Source: Raillietiella orientalis
Lineage: Eukaryota
Direction of reading: 5' to 3'
NCBI GenBank assembly: GCA_036172245.1
Contig: JAYWIR010000023.1
Span: forward strand, 1-64,000
DNA length: 64,000 bases
The notes below the pieces were generated by a model, which worked only from the letters and a program-made list of their open reading frames with translations, made no database searches and was not told where the DNA came from. Both the position numbers and the translations under genes were made by a program. Position 1 is the first letter of the stretch. Each line of letters begins with the position of its first letter. Positions 11,466 to 23,705 of this stretch are shown here, piece after piece.

Positions 11466-14400
11466 CGTCTGCGCGCTGCTCCTCACATGCGCGTGCCACG
11501 AGAGGTTCATCCTCCTTCGATACGGAGGAGCGCTGACGCTCCCCTTGCGGGATGGAGGGGAGCCCTCCCTCCACGTGATCCTCCTTTTCTTCGCGGCCCA
11601 CCGTCACCCGGGTGAGCTCGCCGTGCAACCGATCTGTCTTGGTGCAAGGGTCATCCGGTGGATGCCTTTCCGCGAGCGTCGCAGAGCCTCCGCAACGAGG
11701 AGGAACTGCCGGGAACACGGCAGTCCGTCGGCAGTCGACGCTCCACTCTCCACGTGAGCTCACCTCCCTTCCCGACCGCAGCGCGGACGACCGCAGGAAA
11801 ATCAAAAGAGACTGCGAGAATAAACACTTTCCGCTCCAGCTGACCACTCGCGGATTTCCAACGGCGGCACGCTCTGCCACTCGACGGTTCGCGTCCGCCG
11901 GTCGCAAAGCCCGGGCGCTACGAGCGTGCGCTCGTTGCCCGAAATTACAGCAAGATATGGCGGAAACCGCTAACGTTCCCTCTTCCGAGGACAGCAACTT
12001 GGCTCCAGACCCTGTCGCCTTCGCCCGCATGCCGGAAATGGCCACGGCTTGCGCAGAGCATTTTGTTCGCTGATGGCCTTGCGCAATCCGGGACGGCTGG
12101 CGCTCTGCTGTGCGAGTTCCTTGTGGCTGTGGCAAGCGCGTGCTCCTGAGAAGTGCCGGCGGCCCACCTGCCCGATTTTGCTCCTGGAGTGGGCAAGGGA
12201 TGGTTGATTAAGGTGGTAGGAGTTCCTTCGCCGCCCGACCGAACATCTGTAGAAACCTATAGACTTTGTGTGCGTAGACAAGCGCGCACAGCCGCTGCGT
12301 GTGCAAAAAAAAGGAGTCATGCGTCCCGGGAAATGGGACAATGCGGAAACGAAAACGCCATATCACGGGGATCGCCGCGCCCGAGCCGGAGAGGGAACGT
12401 GCACCTCCTCCCACTCTTCGATTCCCCTTGACGGAGCCCACCTTTCGCGCCAGCCTTCTGCTTCTTGTTCTTTGGGCAGTCCTTTGCCCTTGAGCTTCGA
12501 GCGAACTTCCACTCCAGAGGCGGCGCTCACGCCTTCGTCCATAAGGCGGCTGCGTTCCTCGCAGAAGCAAAGACCGCTTTCCGGATGGCATGTCCCTACG
12601 GCAACCTGCCGCTACCTGCCACACCAGGGAGCCGTGGCTCCCGTTCCCACTGCAGTTTCCTGGAATGCGCGGCTTTCCGTACGCAGGAGCCTCCAGACTG
12701 CTCCAGCTTCCTTTCCAGACTGAAGGTCGCTCTGCACTTGTGGGGAGGATGAAGACTGGAAAAATGTTTACGGCAAGAGGCTGTGAAGCGTCTGCGGGCA
12801 GCGCAGTTGGCGTCACGGGTGCAACTCCTCCTGAAGACCTGCGCCCTTCCATGCGTGCGCGCTGCGGGTGGTATCCAAAAACGTTCACGTGGACCACCTG
12901 CGCGCACGTCGTTCGCATCGAAGAACTCGGATGAAAGTCGCGTTTCTTCCGTGTTCTGGACATCCAGGAAGCGACCAACTGCATCCACTTCGCTACGAAG
13001 AAAAGCAGCGGGCGTCGGGGACGTTCTTAGCCCCATCCGTAGCAGCGCTTCTTCTCGGTCGCAAGCGTGTCTCCCAGAACCCAGCGCGGGCCGCTTAATC
13101 TCCCAACGGACAAGCGCGTCCAGGGATGGGGAAGTCATCACAGCTCTCAGCACCTTCTTGCCCCGTGGAAGTGCCCTAAAAGGTTCCAGGAGCGTGGCGG
13201 CTGCATCGCTCGGACTGGGCGGCAGCTGAGCCGTCGAATCGCGTTGTGCAGACCAGCGCTTGCGCGCTTGCACGCTGAGTACGAGGACGCGCGCCGAATA
13301 CGCGGAACGGGGATGAGCTACTTCCCCGTTCCGCATCCCATCCGGAAAATCCGCCTGTGGTCGCCACAGCGGCCAAAGAGGGTAGGAGTGGGTGGGATGG
13401 TCTCGGACATCTCCCTACAGGACAGCTTCTCTCCTCCAGCTGCTCGCAGCACCTGCACCTCCGGCGTGAAGTGGCTACATCGCCCCGGGCATCATATTCC
13501 TCGCCACGGTCGTTTGCAGCATCCCGCGTTTCACAGGTCGGTTCTGCGCCTCTCATCACGCGTGGGGCAGCGACGAAGAGCCCAGCGGACGTACCAGCCA
13601 CTCTAGTAAACTGACGAGTTCACTCGTCCTCTTCGCTTCTGTCGAGACGGCGAGCGACGCGGAAGCGTGTGAATGCCAAGCGACTCCCGCTCTCGGCGCG
13701 CGAATCCCACGGGCCACGTAAACCGACCCCCACGAGGTGCCCGGACCGATGGCCTGCGGGCCCACTGGCGGATATACGGCACGGAATGGTACAGAGACCG
13801 AGGGACCATCGTTGGCCTTTTTGGCAGACCGAGTGCAGCGCAGCCGCAAGCAGAGAATGGGACGCCCCCAGAAACGTTTGTCGCATCCGACAAGGGACGT
13901 ACCCGTTATCAAACGCGCCTGCAGTGCTCCCGGCGGGGTTCGAGCAGTCTTCTGGGACACCGGGAGGAGACTTAAAACGCGGAACCACCTCGTCAAGCCT
14001 CTTTCGCGAAGCGGCGCGCGCTCTCGCGCCGTCGCGGTGTTTTGAGAGAGATAACGTGGACACGACGAAAAGCAACGCCGCATTGTGGCGATTTCCCGAA
14101 ATCCCCAGAGGGGGGCCACGTGATTGCATGCCGTGGTTGTTTCGGGGGCAGTGCTGCCTCCCAAGCTCTAAACCAGGTTGCCCTTGACCGGATGTCACGC
14201 AACGGGACGCGCTTGCAATCAGCGACCCGTGTCGCAAGCCCAGAAGGGCGATGCATCCCGCGCTTCCCAGCACCAACTCTGCAGGACGACGGGTGACAGG
14301 GGACCACACAACGAGTGAGGCCATTCGGTTGGAGAGCCGGAAGAGTCCGAGCTTTCATGGTGCTTGGAGGAAGGCGAGTCCGCGAGCGCGGTGGACGCGT

Positions 14401-14785
14401 CCTTCACGGCGAGAGTGAACCGTGCTGAGGGAGGAGCCTCGGGCTGAGCTCCCGAACGCCTCTCCTGCAGAAGCGTGCGCCTCGGATGATGGTGGCTTTT
14501 TCGGAGGCGTGCGGCAGAGGCTGAGGATGCACCAGGATGCATGTAGCAGGTTTCGTGGTAGGAGGGGGAGCGAAGAATGTGGACCCCGTCGCGATTTCGA
14601 ACTCGTCTCCCGAAACCTTCCGGAGAAAGGCCAACTGTGGAGGAGGGGGAAGGAGGCAGGCATGATTCCTGCGCCATTGCTTCGCTGCAGTGGAGGGAAG
14701 GATACTGCGGATGCTGCTCAGACGTCTGACGAACCGTATCGACGGCGCCCGGACGAGAGTTGGCAAGGGGCTGTCGGTGTGTCAC
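11466..14785. repeat. Direct segmental repeat, copy B (~3.3 kb)
   Basis: Near-identical to 6454-9774 and separated from it by ~1.7 kb of unique GC-rich sequence. Confidence 0.97.
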
Positions 14786-17700
14786 TCACCGAATTCAGTG
14801 CCGGTAATGTTCGGCTTCGTCTTGGGATTCGGCTCTCGAATCAACGCCTTCCGTGTACGCAGTTGCCGTCATTCCACCTTGAGATGGGGCGTTTGGTCAC
14901 TTGGGTAGTGCGCAGGCGAACTTAAATTCCTCTTCAATGGCAAGCAACAAAAGGTTGTCTCTCAACACATCGCGGCCCGATCTTAAGCTCTGGACAGACC
15001 ATTACGTCTGCGGCCTTTAGGAGCAGCATTTTTCCGTGATGCCGAAGAAAAGTTGGATGTTTAGCTCTCACATGGATGAAGAGAGAGGTGCGCGGACTGC
15101 AGGTGCGCTAGCGGAGCCGGACGAAGTGGGAGGTTGCTTCCGCAAAGCGCCTTTCGCACGCACCACGCCCGTCATAGCCGTCGTTCTTCCTTTCCTCAAA
15201 TTTACTTCAGCCTGTGTGGCCAATGCTGTTTGAACGACTTGCTGTCGTGCAAAGTCAAGGAGCCTCCACTGTGCGGCGATTCGCGCTGGGGAGTTTCCTT
15301 CACTTCTTTGTTCCTTCAAATCAATCCTCCGCCCATTTCGTCGTCCTTGTAGCCGCGCTGCAAGTGTGCGGGTGCCGGTGGTGGGCCTTGACCAGAGCGT
15401 CTGCTCACGAGCTCCAGGAGCGCGTTCTCACGGCAGCGCGGGTGCGTTTTGCAGTCGCCGAGGGTAGGAGGCGCTTCTTCAGCCGCATTCCGAAGGGATG
15501 CTTTCGCAAGGAGGTGGCCGTCACGAATCTCGAACTCAGGATGCGATGGCCGGCAGGACCGCCGGAGCCACGAGAACGGATGGACGCGGTTCGCTTGCTT
15601 CCTTTGTTCCGCATCCCGAGGCAGCGCAAGAGGGACGCCGGCGAGCAGGGAAAAGTACAGAGAACCTGCGTCTCGGCTAGCACTTGGCCGAGGTGGACTC
15701 AAAGACAGGCGCGCGTCCCCAGAGCATCACCACGGGCGAGGGAACACGAGGGAGAGGAGGCTGCTCCCAGCGTCTCGGCCGTCCCGATGACCTCGCTCTC
15801 CTTGCCGAGCCCCGGAGAGATCGCAAATATGGATAGGTGCGAGACGCGAAGGGACCCGAGGAAAGTCCCTCTCTGCCCTTCGGGGGCCGATGGAATACCC
15901 CGTCCTGTGCGTGTGACCATGACCGCTGTCGAAACGCCCGAACGGTGCCCCAGGGAAAGGAATGGGAGACGACCAAAGCAGTGAGCGAGCACGGAGTCAC
16001 GCGCGAGCCCGGAAGACGGCAGAGGGAACCCTGAAAATCGAAGGTGCCTGTGCGATCGGCGGGGGCATTCCTCCGATGGGAAAAGCAAAAAAAAAAAAAC
16101 GAAGCCGGGGTCTTAAGCGGATGGTCTGCGGGACGGAACACCATCCGAATTATCCGAGAGTAGACCGCAAGAGCGGATCTTCTTTTCGATGGCACTTCTT
16201 CAACTCAGAGGACGCTTTCTTCGCGCGCAAGAGATGTGCACCCTGCGCGTTCCGGAAGAAGGGGCGCTTCCGTCGAGCGAAAGTGGCAGCGGCACCCGGA
16301 AAGCGACGCACTCGACTCGCATGGACAAGAGGAGACTCTGGCTCCGGGAGACGTGGAAGGGGGGACAATGAAGGAGAGGGGGAAATCGTGCGTTCGCGCA
16401 ACGGAAGGGTCCTCCGCACATGCTCGGGTCGCGTCCAGCTACCGACTTGCATCTCGGTTCCACGAGAGTCGCAGCGAACTCATCAGTGCGTGAACGCGGC
16501 GGAACGTGCGATTCCGTGAGACCATCGAGGGACTCGCAGGTTCCCGAGTGCTAGCGCGGAAGGCAGCAGGTGCGGTGGATGCTGCTGTCGGGGCAGTAGG
16601 TACACGGTTGCCAGGAAAGAGCTTTTCCGAAAGGTCCCGCCTCTGTCCGGCGTCCGCTCTTCCCTCGGCGGATTCCGGGAGCACCGCTCACGTTTACGCC
16701 GCGGACGAGTCCTCATCCCCCGGAACGGCCAGCTTACTCTACGAAGTACCGACAGCGTCCTTAAGGCTAAGCAGCTGAGCCCGAGAGAGTACGCCCCGGA
16801 CCGCTGCCACCACGGCCGCAATCGTCCGGCGCACCGGCGCGCGGATGGGATCGCGAGCGATCGCTCCAGTGTGTTGACGCGTGCGCATCCATCGGCCGAC
16901 CCGAGTTCGCTCCTTCAAGACCAACTGCAGCGCGAACCCATCACGGACTTTGCACTCACGGTGACACGTCCTTGCCACCGCAGGCACCCTAATTGATCCC
17001 TTCCTGCACCATCACCCGTCGCCTCCCTCGCATCGTCCTGCGTCACCAACCTTCGTCGCCAAAGCGCGCGTCTGCCTCTGCCATCACCCTTGTCGGGGAA
17101 TCCGAGGGGGGAGACGGCAGCCGTGTGACGTCACGCGTCCGCGGTCCAGCGCCATTCGAGGGGCAACGCGGGAACGAACCTTGGGTCAAGCGAAAAGGCC
17201 CCCTAGGAGAGAGGAAAACGCAGAGTCCGCCTTTCCAGGTCGCGGAATCTGTTTGCGCAGCGCCCGATCCGGAACCCTTTGCTCCCCCGCGCGATAGTCG
17301 CATCTGCCAAGCATTCGAACGAGGGCGACACCTCCGCCTTCCGCACCTGTCGCATGGCAACGATCGGAGGCCAAGCGTGGTGCTCCGCAGCTTTCCCCTT
17401 TCGTGGAAGGTTTGGCGACGGTCCCCCTCCCCTCCCGCCCGCCGAATCCTTCCCGAACGAGCGCCGGGCGAGGGTGCGGATCTGCTTGGACCGGGCGGCA
17501 TTTGCTCCACCGCGTTTGCCCGGTGCGTGCCTTTGGGCTCGGACCGCGGTTTGCTGACAGAGGTGTGGAGGATGAAGAGGCGCTCATGCGCGCAGGCAAA
17601 GAGAAAATTTTTCTCCTGTCGACGAAAAAATTGGAATTTTCGAGGCACAGGTCCTCGAACACAAGGAATCGTCGTCTAGGCAACGTTGCCGTTGCTGGTA

Positions 17701-18099
17701 AGTTTTTTCAAGTTGCGGGCGAAATTTCGCGTGTCTCGCGCGGTGCTTCCACAGCGGAGAAAGAAAGAAGAAAAAAGTTATTCCACTTGAAGCTGCGTAT
17801 TCATCGTTTTTTTTTTTTTTTTTCATTCTTTCTTCGGTAACCAGCAGCAACGTTGCTTTACTTCCATAAACTCAAGTGCACATCTTTGCTGCGGCATTTG
17901 CCAACAAGCTCGAATGCAGATGATGCTCGTAACCTGTAAGGCATGAAATGTCATCCGCCGGCGCACCTGAGTTAACCATTCGGCTATTTCTTCGGCGTAT
18001 TCGAGGAGGAACCGCAGCGTAGCGTGCAACCCTTGCGCGATTCTTTCAGGCCGCTTCCTGAGAGTGCTGGGCCTGAGGACGGGAGCAGCTGCAAGACAG

Positions 18100-18191
18100 A
18101 TGAGGGGTCTCCACGTCTTCCTCCTCGTGCTTGCCGGCCACGTCTTGACCGCGTGTGCAGCGCCACCGAGCAGCGGGTCTCCGTGCTACAG
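18100..18191 (+). CDS. Putative first coding exon encoding a signal peptide, probably spliced to IDE paralog 1
   Basis: ATG at 18100 gives MRGLHVFLLVLAGHVLTACA-APPSSGSPCY: basic N-region, hydrophobic core, A-x-A cleavage motif. It ends in a strong donor AG|GTAAGC in phase 2 and is preceded by an acceptor TTCTTTCAG at ~18049. Confidence 0.7.
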
Positions 18192-21100
18192 GTAAGCCTC
18201 ATTTCGTCTGCTCCCCATTCCCGGGAGGATCCTGCATCCGGTCGCGTCTGCGTGAGTATGCCGACCGCTCGCCCTCCTTCCGTGTTCTCGTTTGTCTGTC
18301 CTTTTCCGCTGTTGTTGCAACTTAGGTTGTTGTTGTTCTTGTCGTTTTGAAGTGACGACTTGGCGCGCGCTTTCTTGGTTCGCGAATCGCGTCGGTTTCA
18401 AGGCAGGATAACTGCAGGCTCCGAAGGACGCCACCGTGTTGGTGGGCGGCCTTCGCACGCGGACCGGTCCGCGGCGCGCGTGTGATCCTAGGACTGAAGC
18501 AGCATCTGCAGCCTGACTACGACTCAGGCGTTTTCGCCCTTCGACACACATCACCGTGGAAACGCGAAGCAGGGAGGCGTCGCTGATGACGTGAGCGGGC
18601 CCGTTCCCGGTCAAGCGAAATTCATGAGGCTTCTTCCCGTGCCATTAGGCTGCGGGAACGCGCGGAAGGCCCGCGTTACTCCCTCTGCCGCAGTGTTTCG
18701 TCAATGCGCGTCCCGGTTTGACGCAGTCGGCGTGCTTTCCTCACGGGAGAAGGCGACGGCAGGCACGTGCGCGAGAACGAAGACCGCCTGACCGGCCGGT
18801 GCGCGTTCGCGCACGCGTCCTTCTCCCCGACGCGGCAGCCGAGGGAACGGGACGAACGGCACCCGCGACAGTGGCGACCGCGGCGTCGTCTGGAAACGGA
18901 ACTGCACCGGGAAGCGCACAAACGGGAAAGCACCGTTAGCGGCGCCGCTTGCGGCCCGCAAGTGCAGTTAGGGCTAAAAGAACGGAATTCCTGCAAGAGC
19001 TCTTCCTTTTGCCTTGCGTACCGGGTGCCCGCAGAGATTTCTTTCGAGGGAGCGGAGACCGGGGAAGGGTTGGGGCCGCCCTTGAAAGCATCGGCGACCG
19101 GCGTTCCGTTGGAGTGCGGTGGCTTGCACCAACGAGTTGCGCGGTCATCCGCTTGGGAGCGCCGTTCTCCTCAGCAGAATCGCAGGCGAGCTCGCGAGAT
19201 CGATGCACGACAGATGAAGCGCCTTCTCGAAGTGACCCCGTCCTGCTGCCGCGCCACCGTTTCTTTTCGGGAAACGCGCAGGGTTCCCTTCCACCAAGAG
19301 CGTTCGCTGTTCCTCTGAGGTTCGTACTGCGCGCCGAGCTCCCTGCAGATGCGCCCGCGCGACCGACGACGCGCGCCGCTGGAAATTCGCAGAACGCGCT
19401 CGCGTTCCGGAGATGATCCTCCTCCTTTCCGTTTCCTGCGCGCGTTTCGCGATCACCGAGTCGCGCCAGCGGCCGTTCCCGTTCCCGCTTCGAGGTAGAG
19501 TTCGGGAAGCGCTTCTCTCGCAGTCCTCCCGGACTAGGCGATGGAAGCGAAGAGGAACTGCATGTGGCACGGCGAGCGGGCATTTGCGTGCCCGTCGACG
19601 GGGATGGGCGGTGAGCGAGGAGATGCGCTGGGCAAGCCCGTCCGGAATCCACTCAAGAGGGTACGATCGCTCGGGAATTCCCTTACGACCGCTTGGCTGG
19701 TCTGCAGAGGGGAAAGCCGGAAGGAGAAGACCTGATGTGGAAGACCACATGGTCACGTCAGCCACCCGAGGCGATGCGCCGAGAATGGGTCGGAAGGCGA
19801 GGGGCTGAGCCGCCGAAGACGTCCCTGCATCTCATCTCAGGCAAAGGAGCTGCGAGGATCTGCTTCGAGGTCGCCGGTGGCGGAGAGGGAAGAGAAAGAG
19901 GAAAGCGGGGGTGAAAGACGAGCGTGCAGCTGCCGGCGACCCCCCGCAAGCGAGTCGTCTCGCAGTCCGCGCCGCGTTCCGCGGAGAGGAAGGTCCTCGG
20001 GAAGACTGCCGGGCGCGGATGGAGCAACTCGCCTCTCTTGGCGTACCGAAGATGGCGGAGCCAGGAAACTTGCGCGAAAGGCAGGACGAGGGCAGAGCTG
20101 AGCAGAGGACACGCGCACTGGACCCCTGACGACCGTTGCGATGCACACACCGCGTCCAGCGTTCCACAACCTCGGGTGCAGCGAGGGAGCGTGATGGCGT
20201 CCTGTGCGGAAGCGGGGTCGCGTGCTTCACCGATCCAAGAGTGAACTCCGGCACAGGAGGTCCATCAGCAATAGCGGCTGTCTTGCGTCGACGATAACGG
20301 AATCCAATCGCGGTCCGGGCGCAAAGCAGCCGGCCGCACGGGGAGGTGGAAAACGTCGTTGGATAGCCCTCCCTCCCGCCCTCCTCCGGCTAGTGTGCGC
20401 AGAAAGCGCCCTGTTGGCTCCAGTTCGGCGGAACAGCGCCTGCGTGCTCGAGCGTTTCCAGCTGGCGGAAATGGGCGCGCGACCGTAAGCACTTCAGCTG
20501 ACGAATGGGCGGCGACCTAGCTGTTGCAAGCGCCTCGAGCTGCTCGCGCGTCGACACGGAGCTGTGACCCTCGCCGCCAGTCCCGGAGTCGCGCCAGAGT
20601 TCGCGGTCGACCTGCGCCAACAGCACGGCGGCTGCAGGTTTGTCCGCTTGGACCGGGCGTCATCGGGAGCAGTGCGGAAGGCAGCTCTTCGTTCGTTCAG
20701 AAGTGGATTGGGATGGATCCACGGAGAACAGCTTCTGGAGCACGGTAGCAAGCGGTGCTCCTGATTCGGCGCACCTCTGCGTTCCCCGGGGAAGCATCCC
20801 GGCACCCGCATCGGAATGCTGCGCACGTAAAAGGGAAGAAACGCAGGCGCGTCGCACCGCCTTGGGAAGTTTCCTGGTTGGCGGCGCCACTTGACGTGCA
20901 AGGACCAACACCAGCGCCGTTCCCGTTGCAGGCGATCAGGTGAAACTCTTGAAGTTCGCGGGGAACTCGTGGCGCCCTTCCTCCGTATCTTCCTCCACCG
21001 TCGCACGCGAACAAAACCGAAGAAGCTGCTCGATTCTCGAGGACGCATGCCGCGGAACGAAAGCGAGCCTGGCCAAAGACCGTGGAGCCTTCTTAGCGTG

Positions 21101-23705
21101 TTCTCTGGCAGCCGCAGAGTTTCCCATTTCCCATCTAAGAGAAGATGCGATCCGTGAAGGCTGGTGCGATTTCCGCAAGAAGCAACCATCGCGAGTCTCC
21201 GACGATGGAAGCATGCGCGCCGTTTCTTCTGGTGGAAGCTCTGGATGGCAAAAGATCACTTCACGGCAAGACTGAAAGGCACAGCACGTTCCCAGCGGGA
21301 AAACATTCTCAGGTCTTAGCAACTACGTGTTGCAGCTGATGTCAACGGTGGGAAGATGCGATCGGCGGGTATCTTCAGTGGCAAGTTCGTCACACGTGAA
21401 ACGTCAAGGTCTGCATCCAAGAGATTCTGGTTCGCAGTTTCCCTGCAGCCGTCGCTCGCATTCAGAAAATTTCAAGGATCGCCGTCCTCTGCGAGGAACA
21501 GCCGTCTTTCACGATGCTCGTCGTCGCGCGTAGCAGTTTGTAGACCTTCGACTCGGCGGGGCGAAAGAGCTTCTGCCGTGGGGCCAGCGAAGTTTCGCTA
21601 GGGGGTATTCGAGCTGCTGACTCGTTACTGCTTCCGAACGCCCAGGATGCCGACCACCCGGTCCAGCGTGTACTCCATCGTGGCTGCTCTCCGGAGCAGG
21701 CTCGGATTGCCAAGATGAGAACGCAAAACGCACTCCGGGAAGCTGACCGGACTGTCTTTTGGCTTCAGCGCGAGCGTGACCGCCCAGTGGGTGGACGATT
21801 CTCTAGGAGACCGCTGCTTCATCGGACTCTGCCACCAGCCAACTTCGCTGCGGAACCACCGCCCGGATGCCGGAGGCGGATGTCAGCATGCGCGTCCCGT
21901 CGTTGGCACGTTCCATTTTCAGGAAAGCGTGCAAGTGTCGTGGCTGCTGGCGTTCCGCCCGACCCCACTTGCGGAGCCACGGGCCGTCCAGCCAGCCTAG
22001 ACCGGATCGTACCTTATCCCGCCGCCATGCTCGCAGCATGAGGGCGCTTCCGCCGAAGAGCGGCGCCAATCTTACGCGTTTCTGTTCAGCGAGCGTTTCG
22101 CGGGGTCCGTCGAAACGTTGGCACGACAACCGGACGCCAGCGTCGCTCGACTCGCAGATGGGGAGCCACAAGCGAAAGCGTGGCCCCAGCTGGTGTCTTC
22201 CGTTGCTCCAACGGTAGAACCCTCTCAGTAGGAGGGGAGAGCCGACGGAGAGGGAAGCGCTTTTTCGTTGTCGCTGCCGTGGCTCCCGCCTCTCACTATT
22301 TTAGAAGATGCCATGAGCGGCATGTGGACGTCGGCGCAGGAGCGGGCTTTTGCAACGCCATGCAGTCGTCGAGGACAGGGAATCGAGTATGTAGCGGGGG
22401 CAAGGAGGGAAAGCTGCGTGCACAGGGCGCTGGCACCATCCTCCGTTCTGCCCGCCTTCTTTGGCACCGGGCTCGCTGGAGCGCACGTGAAGGCATTCCG
22501 ACGCAAAGCAGCTCTGCAGGGGAGCATCCTCCAACTCGAAGAAACGTTGCGAGGGCACCGACTTCGGAGTGGCCGCGTGGTCCGGGGCGCTCCGCGTGTC
22601 GTCTGTGCCTCCGGGAGCAACTCAAGGCGGAGAGGAGTGCCGCAGGGTTCGGTTCTCTCGATTGCGTGGCAGCGCTCCCCAGATGATTGTGGGGGCAAAC
22701 GCGCCCGCTTCAGAGGGCACCCGATCCGTCCGTCCCAGAAGGAGATCGGTAATTGAGTGCGCGTTGCCGACTAGCGGGTGGCTCCATCTGCCAGAAAAGG
22801 TCGTCTGCCCAAGACACTCTGAAGACCCGCATCCGCTCTTTCAGGCATAGAACACGCAAGTGGTACGCAGGGAAAGATTTTCGGGCTCCTTCCGAGAGAT
22901 CTTGGAAAAAAGAGCTGTCCTGCTTTCAGTGCGCGACTGCGGACGTTCCCATCGCCTGCTCCGGGCTCGCAACAAGGGCTGGTGCCGTGGCTGCTGCCTC
23001 CGCTCACGTGGCACAGGGAGCCGTCACGCGTGAACCGTTGTGGGGGGTCGTCCAAGACATCCTGGTTCGCACTGGTACCTGTGGCTGTCGCTCGCATTCA
23101 AGAAATTCAAGCCGGCGCTTTCGGCGTTCGTTAGCAGCCTCGTCCGCCCGTTCCTGTTCGCGCACAAGCGGAAAATCCCTCCCCTTTCTCGCCCGCGCAG
23201 GGGGGACGTTCGTCGTCCCGCCACCTCGCGGCCGACAACGCTCGCTCGCACACGGCATGGGTTGCGGATTGCTGGAAGGAGACCCTACGGGGTCTGCTTG
23301 GGCCGCGCCATTCGGAAGAGCGATCCGTGCCGTTTTGTCCGAACGTGCTCTCCTGGTGCGCATTTGGCCCGTCCCACTTCCTTATTTGCGTTCCTGCGCT
23401 CCTGATTTTCGCATCAGCCGCATCGCAGAATCCTGGGCCAGCTCTCCCTCCCTGCCGGGACTGGTATGCCCCCTCGGGCGGAAACGGTAAACCGCAAAAC
23501 ACGTCTGGATATCCGGAAAGAAAGCTGCGCGGATGCTTGCGACACGTGCCGTGTTCTTCCGCGAGTTGGCGAGCCCATGGGAACGGCAGGGGGTCGCTCT
23601 TCCGCTCAGAACGGCAACTCGTACCCCGCCTTTCGGCCATGGACTCGCCGAGCGGTCTTTACGAAAAGAAGCGTGGCTGCCTTTCTACTTTGTGCTTATT
23701 TCCAG

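Noticed and set aside
6454..14785. LTR retrotransposon with 3.3-kb LTRs
   Set aside because: No TG...CA termini, TSD, PBS/PPT or gag-pol in the 1.7-kb spacer.
14800..23700. Numerous 100-250 aa ORFs on both strands
   Set aside because: These are overlapping Arg/Pro/Ala/Gly-rich frames with no recognisable motifs, as expected in GC-rich, stop-poor DNA. Much of the span is probably IDE intron 1 and upstream sequence.
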